A stretch of DNA of 64,000 nucleotides, taken from assembly GCA_023334545.1 (NCBI GenBank), contig JAADVB010000039.1, positions 1-64,000 on the forward strand, written 5' to 3'. Source of the stretch: Salisapilia sapeloensis CBS 127946. Taxonomy: Eukaryota; Protista; Oomycota. The notes below the pieces were generated by a model. That model saw only the letters and a list, made by a program, of their open reading frames with translations. It did not search any database and had not been told where the DNA came from. This document shows, piece after piece, positions 42,053-53,970 of the stretch; the first letter of the stretch is position 1, and each line of letters starts with the position of its first letter. The position numbers and the translations under genes were made by a program.

Positions 42053-43218
42053 TTACGCTCGAACGTCAACCACCATGACGCAGATATTGTCCATGCTCCC
42101 ACGCGTAAAAGCTTCTTCCATCAACTTTCGCGCACCGTCCTTCGGATCGTCATAGCTATTCACAATCTGTCCTGCCTCGTCATTCGAAATCATGTCCCAC
42201 ACGCCATCACTTGCCAGTACGATCGATCGCATGTTCGATGTAATACTCGTCTCTTTCACTTCCGGTTCCCCGGTAACGAACTGCTTGAGCATACGATCTC
42301 CAATGGCACGAGAGACAGCCAAAATGCCTTCGACACGCCAGACACCCCAGAAAACGACAGACCCACCGAGCTGCTGCACTCGGTCGCGCTCATCTTTTCG
42401 ATTCGGCTTGTGGTCGTCTGTCAATGCAATGATCGAGTCGTCATGATTCACGATAATCGCTCTCGAATCACCCACATGCGCGACGTAGATCTTTTCTCCA
42501 CGCGTCAAGACCGCCACAGCGGTCGTTCCGTCCTCTGAATTTCTCCGATTGGCGATTTCGAGGTACTGTTGTATGCATGATAAGTTGTGTATGGAAAGAG
42601 AGAGGTATAGACATATACTTCTTTATCCGTCTTGACAAATCCTTCCTTTAAAGCTTTCTTCGGATCTTTTCGTATCGACTTGTGCTGGATGACGTTCTGG
42701 CATAAAGCTTCGACGCAGTAGCTACATACCACGTTAGCACCTATTGCTTCGAATATGGGATCAATAAACAGTACTTGGCTGCTCCATCACCTCCGTGGCC
42801 ATCAAAGAGGCCATAGAATGACTGTGTCGAGTCGCCATTCAGCTCTCCGACAGCTACATGCCGATCCTCCATATACGGCCTCCTTCCCTATCGTAAAAGT
42901 TAGTCATGCACTTTTGTATCAGGCAACAGGATTTGTATACCTGCAATTGTGCAACTGCGTAGCGATATTGCACATTGTCCACTACAGGCGGCAGGATCGG
43001 TAGCTCAAATGGTGATGCCCCAGAGCTACTAGCAAAACACGATTAGTTCATATCTACATTCTATCGTGCAAATAGACTTTAAATGCAGACCCGAGTGCTG
43101 CCACGACGTATCGGAAGATACTAAAGATGGCAAGAATGGCCAACGCGTGGCTTACGTAGCTATCACGTAGCATGCTCGCTAAGTTCTGGAGCGTATCGAG
43201 ACTTATGGGGCCTGCCAT
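42053..43218 (-). CDS. Protein phosphatase 2C (PPM family) with possible N-terminal membrane anchor; exons 43218-43091, 43028-42941, 42887-42775, 42721-42619, 42565-42053
   Basis: QGRRPYMEDRH, FYGLFDGHGG, DGTTAV, AHVGDSRA, DHKP, LAVSRAIGD, LASDGVWD, GSMDNI. The first intron has a weak donor. A further 55-nt intron could extend the C-terminus to 41968. Confidence 0.88.
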
Positions 43219-43910
43219 GATATCAAAAGGTGTCTGTTGAAGGTATACACTAGTCTAGAGCTGTGTTCGCGACAGGGAATGGCTAGTAGCGAAGCGTATC
43301 ACTCGGCGATGCGAATTCCGACCTTGGGACAGCTCCACAATGCTGGAAAAATGGTTACTCCACGAAAGTGAATGCTGTAGGAGCTACTGTATGATATCTG
43401 TTGTACAATTGTTTTATGCAGGCCCTGTCTACGATCAAGTTGAAAATTACGATGCCACACCGGCTTCGCTTGTGATGCTGAATGAAGGCGATGGTATCAA
43501 CTCGTCGTTTGCTAGCTTCAAATCAGTACAAGTAGATTAATGAGCGGTAGAAATCAGGAGGATCCTGTAGTCTATATTTAGCATGTATATTTTTATCCTC
43601 GTAAGTTGCCTGCTAGCAATACTCTTGCGCTTCAATCCTACTTGGACATGTACACCAGCTCTATTTCTATTTTCTCTACTTCGTTCGCTGTGTAGGAAAA
43701 TAATCTTCATCCAAAGCACTAGGGACGATACGGGGACTCACTTCTTAGATATGTAGTTTACTTTCATATGAACACCGGACGGGTGCAAGTTTCCACTGGA
43801 GGTGGCGATTGCTTTTGTATCTTACAATGTCCTATCACCCTTTCGTCCATTTATATCGATAACATTCAAAAAGCACACATGATAACATACAGCAATAGTT
43901 TATTCCACGC

Positions 43911-45474
43911 TTACATCTTTCTCAAGTTGCATACATCCCATACAGCTTCGCTTGTCGCGATCATACGCCATGCTTTATTCACGACCATGACATTCTTCAC
44001 ATCGTCATTCGAGAGAAACGACAGGATGCTCCGACATGGGCCAAATCCCATGGGTGGCATCATTTCTCCAAACAATGGAAATACAAGCACTAGGTCGGAT
44101 GCATGCTGCTGATAAGTTGACACCGTGCCACTCGACTTATCCATCATCTCTTCCAGTCGCATCGTCGCCACCGACTTTTTCAACCTCGTTCGAACACGAG
44201 GTAGTGACGGAGAGACGAACATATCGTCTGCATCACTCCATGGTGACTGCAACGCACATCGACTCTTTTTGCTCGAAGAAGGCGTTCGATTCCGACATTC
44301 GACACAAACGCACTTGTCTCCACACGGAATGCCGGCTTGGAAACACTCGCAATATCGTTTCGTACATCCACTTCGTTTACAATGACAACCGCTCTTGTGC
44401 TGCAGTCGCTGTCCTTTGGTCACAAGCGTCCCAACACGTCGTTTCTTCGATTCGATCTTGGGCTTAAATGCATCCGGACGCTTCAAAAGGAGACGCTCAA
44501 TCTTATCCTGTCGCTCACTTTCATGCTCACGCGTGTTTAAACAATTGACACAACGACATTGCGGATGGCAGTACCCTCGTTCGCCAAAACAGACACAATA
44601 TAACTTTAGACATCCGGTCCTTTTACAACTACAAGACGTGACGTTCAGATCGACCGGAGCTGGGGATTCAGCCATATCTTCCGTCACTAACTTTCGCTTG
44701 GTCGGAAGTTTCGCTTTCTCTTTCCTCATCTTGAATGTCGAGAGAGGTGGCGTATTCTCCACTTCTTCTGGTGGAATGGACTTATATGACATCGGTAGGA
44801 TAGTACTATCAGGTACAGTAGTAGGTGGGCTACTCGGGTTTGTGTTGGTCTCGAAAGACTGAAGCTTGGATCTGGCTTTATCACTACAAAGGATGAGTGC
44901 CATGAAGAGAATAAAAACGCAATCAACTAGTTACATCATGTCGTTGACAGCTTCCAAGGTATGTGGACCGCCTTCACCTGGTGAATTCAGCTTTACTTTC
45001 ATACTGTTAGAAGACTTCCATGTCTTTCGGAGCTGAGATTCACATCCGTTGCGAATTGTCACTTCCACTCGTCCATTGAGAAATGAACTTGTATGTACTT
45101 CTTCTTTACTTCCCTCCGGTTCAGATCTATATTTGTTCATTGAATAACCGTAGTGGGATGCAAGATAAGCATGAGAAAGCGTACATGAGCTGGAGACCGG
45201 GATCCGACCGACGGCGTTTTCGGCGTGATCGATACTGCCGTTCTTCTTGTGTTGGCATTGGGGATATAAGACCTGGCGGTACGAAGGAGAAGCATAGATC
45301 TAGATCTTCTAGCGGATTATGCAGTCCGCTAGGAAGACTTTCCAACTCTTCTTGATCGTCATGCACGCTCTCGAAAGCATTGGCCAACGGCGACGTCGAG
45401 CGCCAGACAAAGTCCTCTGCATCTAGGGCACTGAATGGAGGAGATAACGTATTGACAGTAGGTACATCCTCCAT
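43911..45474 (-). CDS. Tesmin/TSO1/LIN54-like CRC (two CXC) domain protein with C-terminal F-box-like motif; exons 45474-45185, 45126-44935, 44883-43911
   Basis: CSCKRTGCLKLYCVCF..C.C.NC.N, linker RPDAFKPKI, GCHCKRSGCTKRYCECF. Introns of 58 and 51 nt keep the frame. Confidence 0.88.
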
Positions 45475-45541
45475 CGTAAAGCAGTGTCGAAGGAGGACTG
45501 GTACGGCGCTTCGAGATGCCACTGCCTTTGGTACTGGATCG

Positions 45542-45618
45542 ATTGGCGCCTTTTATTCAAAGTGAAAACGCGGGAAAAGTCCACCAATCATAATCGGTAA
45601 ATGCATAACTCCGCCAAT
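45542..45618 (-). promoter_or_regulatory. Putative cell-cycle-type promoter: E2F site, CHR-like TTTGAA and three CCAAT boxes
   Basis: Minus strand TTTCCCGC (45577-45570) and TTTGAA (45561-45556). CCAAT/ATTGG at 45542-45546, 45584-45588 and 45614-45618. All lie 70-145 nt upstream of the CRC gene ATG. Confidence 0.45.
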
Positions 45619-45721
45619 CACACACAAGTTGAAGAGGAATGGTACTGAAAAGGCACAAAAAGGCCACTAGTGGCAATGAAAAAGAAATCGATTCAAAGAA
45701 AAAGAATTTAGAGGCAACTGC

Positions 45722-47794
45722 TTACACGTCGTACATGGCTTCGATTGTCTCCGAGTACTTGTCCAGCACGACCGGACGCTTGAGCTTGAGCGTCGGCGTC
45801 ATCTCACCGCCAGCGATCGAAAAGTCCTTGTCCAAAATGGTGTACTTGCCAACGTTCTGAGCGCGCGACGCTGCCTTGGCGTTCGCACGCTTGAGGCCAT
45901 CGTCCAAGTACTTTTTCACCTTGTCGTCGTTCTTGGCCTCCGACACGGTTTTGGAAGATGAACCGATCTCCTTCATAATCGACATGGCCGTCTCGTCCAA
46001 GTCGTCCGTCGGGTGACCTTCTTCATCGACGGTCGAACGGAGCGTGAACAAGGCCGAGAGGAACTTGCGCTTGTCTCCGATGACCATGACGTTGGACAGG
46101 AGCGGCAATTCCTCCTTGAAGACGTCTTCAATCAAGACTGGCGGGACGTTCTCGCCACCGGCCGTCACAATCAGTTCCTTAATACGTCCCGTAATCTTCA
46201 TGAAACCATCCTGATCAATGTCACCGATGTCACCGGAGTGGAGCCATCCTTCCTCATCGATCGTGTCACGCGTCTGCTCTTCGTTGTTTAGATATCCCAT
46301 CATAATGTTACGGCCACGGAACAAGAGCTCGCCCGTGTCCTCAGCACACTTAATCTCCGATCCGGCGATCGTTACACCGCACGAACCGATCTTCCACCAG
46401 CCCTTCATATCACACGTCTGCGGTCCAGTCACTTCACTCTGTCCGAAGAACTCGTAGATTGGAAGGTCGAGGGCGGCGAAGAAGTTTACCACCTCGTCGC
46501 TGATCGGAGCAGCACCACTGAAACTGGCCTGACATTGGTCTAGACCGAGCGCTTCCTTAATACGCGTCAACACGAGAGCATTGGCAATACCGTAGCCGCA
46601 CGGGGCTCCGCCTGACTCGCCGTACTGAGCCATTTGTGACTTTTGCATGCCCTTTTCACGAGCCCATGTTGCTAGACGCTTCTTGATGCCAGTCGTCTGT
46701 GCACCGATGAGCTTCATCTTCTCCATAATCTTCTCCCACACTCGAGGGACACCGAAGAAGAGAGTCGGACGCACTTCCTTCATCGTGTGCGCGAGGGATC
46801 CCTTCAGGGCATCCGGCTGGGCAAAGTACATTTGCACACCGTGCGTGACGGGCAAGTGGATGTCAATCAGCTGGGCGGCAATGTGAGACATAGGCAGGTA
46901 ACTGACGAGTCGGTGGCGATTGTCGACGACCAAGTCGTGGTTCCTCGCGATCTCTCTCGCGACCGTTTCAATCGTCCACATGATATTGTCGTGGGAAACC
47001 ATCACACCCTTGGGCTGGCCCGTCGTTCCGGACGTGTAAATGAGCGTGCAGCACTGGCCTGGACGTTGGTCCTCCATGGCCTTATCAATGGCCTCATCCT
47101 CGTCCTTGGCACCCAATTGCATAAAGTCGTCCCACGAGTAGACAGGGACACTACAGTCGAGGCCTTCAGGCACAGGCTCGTTGTAGATAACAAGTGCTTT
47201 CAGCTTTGGTAGGTTCTTGTGGACCGACACAAACTTCTCGAGCTGGTTCGCACCGTCACAAACCACCGCCACGGCATTCGAGTGGTCGGCAATGTATTCG
47301 CAAGCTTGCGGTGTGTTGGTCGTGTAGATACCAGCAGCAACACCGCCAGCAAAGATCGCACCAACATCGGCAATGACCCACTCGGGGGAGTTAAAACCGA
47401 TGATACCGACGCCTTGGAAGCGATCCATGCCGAGGTGCAAGAGGGATTTACCAAAAGCCTTGCACTGGTCATAGTACTCTTGATATGTCATCGATTGCCT
47501 ATGCAAATACAAAGATAAGTACGATGAAAGTGCAACGTGGAAGCAAAGGCACAGTACCATTCGTTGTTGCGCTTCACGTGTAGCGCATGCGAACTACCGC
47601 ACTTGGCCAAGGTGTTCTTAAAGCCACCAACGACCGTCTTAGGCGCGAAGGATGCGTTACCGGATTCGGTCACGCGGAGTTTCACTTCGTCTTGAATGTT
47701 CCAAGTCTGTTTTTTAAGTACGGGCACAGTAAGAATCGTGTCGGAGGTGGTCGAGAGGAGGGACACGTACCACATATTCGTTAAAGCCCGACAT
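45722..47794 (-). CDS. Long-chain fatty acyl-CoA synthetase (bubblegum/ACSBG type); exons 47794-47771, 47706-47558, 47498-45722
   Basis: LIYTSGTTGQPKGV, SYLPMSHIAAQ, FFGVPRVWEK, GWLHSGDIG, ITGRIKELIVTAGGENVPP, EMTPTLKLKR. Introns of 64 and 59 nt give the N-terminus MSGFNEYVTWNIQDEVKLR. Confidence 0.93.
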
Positions 47795-48547
47795 TTTGAT
47801 CTTTCCTTGAAAGTACGCGCGTAGGTTTCCTTTGTGCTAATGGAGGCGGATTCTTAAATGACGAGTCTCGTGGTTTCTCGGTCCAGCATCTGCATCTTTT
47901 TGACCAATAGACGGAGAACGGAAGCTTGAACATGTGTCTTGTTTGCTTTCGAACTTTTCGCTGCCTCTTCATCTCACTTCGCAAGTTACGGAAAAAAGTG
48001 GATTAAAAAAGTAGATGAAGATGTATCTATCTTATTGAATGAGATAGTAGAGGAGTAGGAAGGAGTGACTTTTAGACAAAACGTAGATGGTTTATTGGAT
48101 CTGGATCTGGATGGGATTCGGATCGTAAGATCAAAAAACATTACTCGCTTGTCAGTCGTTCCACGCTCTGATTCTAGCGTAAAAATCGACGCGCTTGATC
48201 TGGTCATACAATTAAATCGCTGCGGGTGTTCATAATCGAACGTGGCCGTCAAGAAGATCGGTTGAACTACTTCAACGTACAGTAGCTATCTACTCCTACT
48301 GTTTCTCTTGTTGTTTTGCAAAAACGGAGCAGATATCCAAAGCTAGGAAAGGAAATCATTGTATAGCACCAGACATAATCTTTTCTTTAGGCAGCTTTCT
48401 CCTCGGATTCCAAAAATTACAATTCGGCACAGATCACACCTATTCGTCCATGCTTTGCAACAAACTGCTTATTCGCCGATCGACCGCATCAAATTGACAC
48501 AAACGCTCAAGTAGAAGAGATCGAGTACTCGGACCAGCCTCTTCCCC

Positions 48548-49865
48548 ATGTACCCCAAGAGCACAGTAAGCAATCTAGACCAGATACTTTCTTCCTTACA
48601 ATGCTACATGGTACGTGCTATCTGACTCCTTTTCGAATCATACATGCATCTGATACCGTTTATCTAAACAAAATGTGTAGCAAAGTAGTCGCGTACGAGG
48701 CGACGTCTACAATTTACTTCGCCAAGTACCATCTCTCCAGCCTTCGTGCGGCACTTTTGGTATGACATGTCTATCGTCAGCATGAGATTTACCTAACAGG
48801 AAGCACGTAGCCCATAACGATGGTACCACAAGCACGCTACTTAATCTAGGAGGCACGATTCCCATCTTCTTCCGAGGCAATCAGTACAATATCCCGGTAG
48901 AGTTTTGGATCGCCGAAAACTACCCCACTGCTCCACCAGTATGCTTCGTCCGACCCACAGCAGGTCCGCTCTCTTATTTCAAAACTACGTAGCTATCTGC
49001 TGACCATGAAGAATCCATAGAGATGATGGTCAAGCCAGGACATCCACACGTGACGAGTGAAGGTTTTATACAAATCCCATACATCACCAATTGGCAGCAA
49101 GGATGCTCTCTCGTTGAACTCGTTGCTCACCTCTGCTCCATATTTGGTGAAATGCCACCGGTCTATCGTCGTCCGGCCCATCAGCCGCCACCCATCCCAG
49201 TGTCCACGCGACCAAACCATCAACTCTCCTCTTCTTACGGCTCTGTTAATAGTGCTGCCACTGCATCTCCATCTCCCAGTAGAAACAACTCGGAGAACGA
49301 GTACTTGTTCGGGCCTCCAACCGAGTCAAATGGGACGGAAGACACGGCAGAATCAAAGAAGAACGCGTTAAAAATGGAAGTCACAGGGCAAATCCAACAA
49401 AAGATGGAAGCAAAGTTTAAAAAGATACGTGACAACATTGATGTTCAGTTCGAATATCAGCTCCAGTTGACACAATCTCGACAGGATGTTGAAAAAGGAA
49501 TCGACGACATGAAGAAACTGAAGCAAGACTTGACGAAAGCCCAATCGATCATTGCCAAGCAAGATAAGGAATTGGAACACTGGTTGGAGGAACATGAAGG
49601 CAAGGATGAAATCGATCCAGACGCTGTACTCGTTCCGACGGATGCCTTGTCCAAGCAACTAATCAAAGTCGTTGCAGAGAATTATGCCATTGACGATGCA
49701 CTCTACTTCTTGGATCGTGCTTTGGCCAATGACGCGATTAATCTAGCGTCGTTTCTAAAGGAAGTCCGGAAGCTATCGAGGAAACAATTTATGTGTCAAG
49801 CGTTGTCCCAGAAGATTCAGCATCTACAGCAACAGCAGCAAGGTGGTGGCGTGTATACCAGCTAA
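48548..49865 (+). CDS. VPS23: ESCRT-I subunit TSG101/Vps23; join(48548..48610,48681..48759,48811..48963,49021..49865)
   Basis: Spliced UEV domain (LLNLGGTIPIFFRGNQYNIPVEFW..YP..PPVCFVRPT..HPHV..G.IQIPY), Pro-rich linker, coiled coil, and Vps23 core (AIDDALYFL..FLKEVRKLSRKQF). Confidence 0.93.
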
Positions 49866-50959
49866 ATCCAATTTCTTTCATACATCTTTTTCTTACTTGC
49901 TTTTATTGATTTGCATTCAACACGATTGATGGAAATGATGATGAGTTGATGATGCAGTGATTTGAATGTCGTCGGTATCCAAGGATATCTCATTGCGATA
50001 TGAAAGTGTCCGCTGTCGTCTACACGATGAACATAAGGAATAGTTGGCGCCATCCATTTCGACTCGAATGTCCCATTGTGTAGATGATACGGCAGTGATG
50101 CGAGTACGAATGGACGAATAGATATTAAATATCAGTTTACATGACGTGTGTAAAGATATTAATCGACATCCATCCATCCTTTGTAGCATCATTGGCATAA
50201 GTGCATATGAATGCAAAGCAAGGATCGTTCGACTGATCGTTCGCAGCAGCGAAAAAGACGATAGAGCGACTGACAGATCAAGATGCGATGCCACGATCCA
50301 TGATGCCTTAACTGGTAATTTCCCATACATCCAAATAGGACATCGAGTAAAGGTCCATCAATGAGAACCTGTCAGACTTCCAATGCATAATGACAGCATT
50401 TCGATATCATGCTTTATTTTTCAATGTGCATCGCTCAAGGAAGCACACACTTGCTCCGCTTGAACATCAATATCTACCTCAGTGTAGACTTCTACCTTTA
50501 CCAACTACCTTAGCTTGGATTGTCCATTCTTCTCTCTACATTAAATAAGGTTTCAGTATGTTCACTCAGCATTGGCTTAGTATCCTGACTGTAGAATGGC
50601 ACCTAAGCTATTGCTATCATCGCTATCTCACTACCAGAATGGCCACGCTGGATGTCAATGTAGCCACGCAAATTACCATCTTCTCACTCTCTGTGGAAAC
50701 GTACAATGCATAACTTGGTAGAGACATCTATCTCGTAAATAAAAATAAAAAGTACAAAATAATTTCTTATTCTAAGCAAAACGCTCCATCTCTCTACGCT
50801 ATCACAAGGTGAAGAGTACAAAGATGTATCTTTGTGCTGCTTGTCTTGAAGTTCGAATCAGGCATATAGATACAAACTTCGGAGAAGATAATAATGTATT
50901 ATCGACATTTCATTGGCTATAAATAGACCAACTTTTTCGACCACAACTTCAAATTCGAC

Positions 50960-52225
50960 ATGAATCGCGTCATTCGTCGTCATGCCAAGGTCTGTCGCTC
51001 CCTGCATGCACACTACAACACCAGCCTTGTGCAAAGCTACAGCACAGCACCCACATCTTCTTTGAATATTGGTGTCGTTGGCCTAGGAGCTGTTGGCACC
51101 ACTTTCTTAGGAAGACTAGCAGGGCTAGCACAAACACAACACAACTCGATCGACAAAGTAGACTCGAGCCTACCAAGCCTGCAAGTCGATGCTTTTGTAA
51201 AGCCTTATCAAATTGCAAAGCTTCAAGACGGCGTCAAAGTCTGGGTAGGTGGTCAGGACGATGTTCCAGAAGCTCACATCCAAGCAGACGGATCCAGCGC
51301 CGTCCGCTTTCGTACCATCGACGAGCTAACGGCAGATGAACCTTTAGATATCTTGCTCCTCGCTGTTAAGGCCTTTGACAGTGCTAGTCTTCTACAGTCA
51401 CTTTCTTTACGTCCAGAAGCTACTGTCGTGTTGCTGCAGAATGGCTTTGGACAGCTACCAGAAGGGAGTAGACTACCGTGGCAGATGGCTCATGGCATCA
51501 CGTATGTCAGTAGTCGTCTCACTCACTTTGGTGAAGTGATAGTAAGTGGACAGGCAGGTGCTGTCAAGACATATATAGCACCAATGGATTCCGAATCGAC
51601 AACACAGGAGACAGATAGGACGACAGCAAATTTAGACGCTTTGCAACGTGTATTGACTGCAGCTAAATTACCGACTGAAGCGATTAGTACAGACGAGATG
51701 AAGTCAATTTTGTGGCGAAAGCTGTTTGTAAACGCAGGCGTCAACCCCGTTGCGGCACTCACAGACCTGCTGAACGAGGTACGATCTCTTCTTCAGTCCA
51801 CTTGAGACTATGTCCTTGACGCATCATTTTGCTATTTCAGGAGGTTGCAGACTCGACATGGTGTCGTAACTGTATCACATCCATCATAGAAGAAGCTGCC
51901 GCCGTTGCCCGTAGCCAGAAAGTTGACATTCCCTCGTCTAATGAAGAAATCGTGGAAGACGTCGTCGGCGTCGCACGAGCAGGGCAGAAGAATGTGTGCT
52001 CGATGCTTGCAGACATTCGGGCTGGTCGCAAGTATGTTTATTAGATATGTGTTCGTGCGTCTTTTAATTTTACTTGTCTACAGGACAGAGATTGAAGCCT
52101 TGAATGGACATATTATTGACAATGGCAAGAAGCAAGGTATCCCGACACCAGTGAACGAATTCATCTTCTCTCTCATTAAAGCACTTGAAATTCGACGAAT
52201 GAAGGAAGAGGAGACAGTAGTATAA
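50960..52225 (+). CDS. panE: Ketopantoate (2-dehydropantoate) reductase, PanE/ApbA family; join(50960..51778,51841..52031,52084..52225)
   Basis: GVVGLGAVG, LLAVKAFD, LLQNGFG, LWRKLFVNAGVNP, SMLADIRAGRKTEIEALNG after removal of 62- and 52-nt introns. Confidence 0.9.
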
Positions 52226-53906
52226 GTAGATAGAGAAGACTTTTGGAAATAGATCTCTTTCGAGAACATGTCCTGAACCTGCTTTGTGACAAGACGCTTC
52301 TGAATGGCAGCGGTTTAGAGCATACTAGGACATGATAACTTTGCAATCCGTTATGTTATTTGTAAAAACACTATGTCATTTCGCTTCTGAAACTATCTAC
52401 GTCACTGCTATCGACTTCTTTCGTTACATGATAGCGATAGATGTGCCATCGACATCTTAATACAGCTTTCCAGTGTCCTTTCCGAAGTTGTCAGTCCTGC
52501 AGCTGAACCTATTGGGGCTGGACTTCTGGAGCAAAATACGACACTTCAAAATGAACGTTAACGCAAGAGGAAGAAGCATTGTCCTGGACAATAAAATACG
52601 CTACTGAAGGAGCAGAGGAACGGATGGCGTTTCTATTGAAGTAGCGTGTGTCTGAAGTAGTGCAGCATCGTTTAAATGTAGACTAGTCTGCGAGTGGCTA
52701 GATCACACATTTTCAGAGGCTACAAGGCGATGTATATTTCTGCAACTGCAGCGTTGGCTATGCTTACGATGGCGGTAATGAGATGACAAAAGGGACCTTT
52801 GCAAGGACTTAGCTCTACAGTCAGCGTACTAGACGATTAGTGAATGACCAGATGCACGTCGTGCATGTCGTATAAAGGGCTGTTGAGCCACAAATCGATC
52901 ATTGGATTGCAAATACCCTACATAAAGTTTGTATTTTTCTCAGCACTGATTTAGTCTCTCTGCGTCATGTTGCTCAGTTCATTCCTGTCTGTCCATTCGC
53001 ACTCGCATCACTTAGTCGACAACAAGGTAAGGTTTTTAATTTCGGATAAAGGATCTCGAGTACCCTTCAAATTGACCATGTGGATAGCGATGTAGTGGCT
53101 CACAGCGAACTAATAAATTTTTGAACCCGTGAATCGATGGTAATGCAGCAAGATGCATTCGTCGACTTCCATGTTATTTGAATCAAGTTAAAAATCAAGT
53201 GAAGGCAGTCGTGTACTCGTTTTTACCGACGACTGGTGCAACTTTTTCTTAAAGAGAAATTACAAAGCGGGAAAACGGAGCGGTATCTGTACCAAGTTAC
53301 CAGTAGTATAGCTCTCCTGGGTCTACCGTAAACTAGCGACTAGCATTTCCCTGCCCATTGAAATGCTTCGGGAGAACCGTCGATTGTTATTTATCCTTTT
53401 GCTCCTGCACTCCACATGACGCCACCGCCCCTTCTGACTCCCTGCTCGTCAGTCTTCCTTAATCTCTGTGTACCTAGTGCGACTCCAGCGCCATGCTTCT
53501 ACTCACTACGGGGATATACTTAAATGAAGTCGAAAAGATCTCTCTTTTTGGTGTGGTGATGTTCTCGTTTTGCAAACTGACATTCACCTACTTCATCAAT
53601 CCAGACATGTCCACCTGGCAATGACTCAAAACCCATCATTTGGCAGCTTGACACCACATTATTCCACCGATGGCTCGATCGAAATGATTGAAGTTTCGTA
53701 CTAATGTAATTTTGCACCAATGACCCATCTCTATTTCGAATTACCACCAATTGCAGTCGGTCACGACATCAAATAATCGTTCCATCCGGTCCGGCGACGA
53801 GTACAGACGTAGCGGTCTGCAGGCAGTCGACGTCAAGTACCAGTTTGTAGATAGAAAGTACCTGCACAGGAGCATCACAGGCACCCGGCATTGCGTACGG
53901 AACAGT

Positions 53907-53921
53907 CCATTCTAACTTTGC
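53907..53921 (+). promoter_or_regulatory. INR + FPR-like core promoter of the START-FYVE gene at 53971
   Basis: CCATTCT (INR, YCATTYY) followed by AACTTTGC (near-FPR), ~50 nt upstream of the ATG. Confidence 0.5.
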
Positions 53922-53970
53922 ACCCGAGCTTCAAAAGCTATCACTGACGTCTCTATCATACGCGAGTGCC

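Noticed and set aside
45722-47498. GC-rich codon usage of the acyl-CoA synthetase (and the RRM gene) as a sign of horizontal transfer
   Set aside because: Both genes have normal host-type introns; high-expression codon bias is the simpler explanation.
50845-50865. GTTCGAATC resembling a tRNA T-loop
   Set aside because: The flanking bases do not form a T-stem, and no cloverleaf or A-box is present.
49870-50950. Possible spliced gene in the TSG101-panE gap (ORF 49917..50330)
   Set aside because: Several exon combinations were tried; none gave a recognisable or long product.
52230-53900. Hidden gene or transposon relic in the 1.7-kb gap
   Set aside because: Only short stop-interrupted frames; no terminal repeats or transposase/RT motifs seen.
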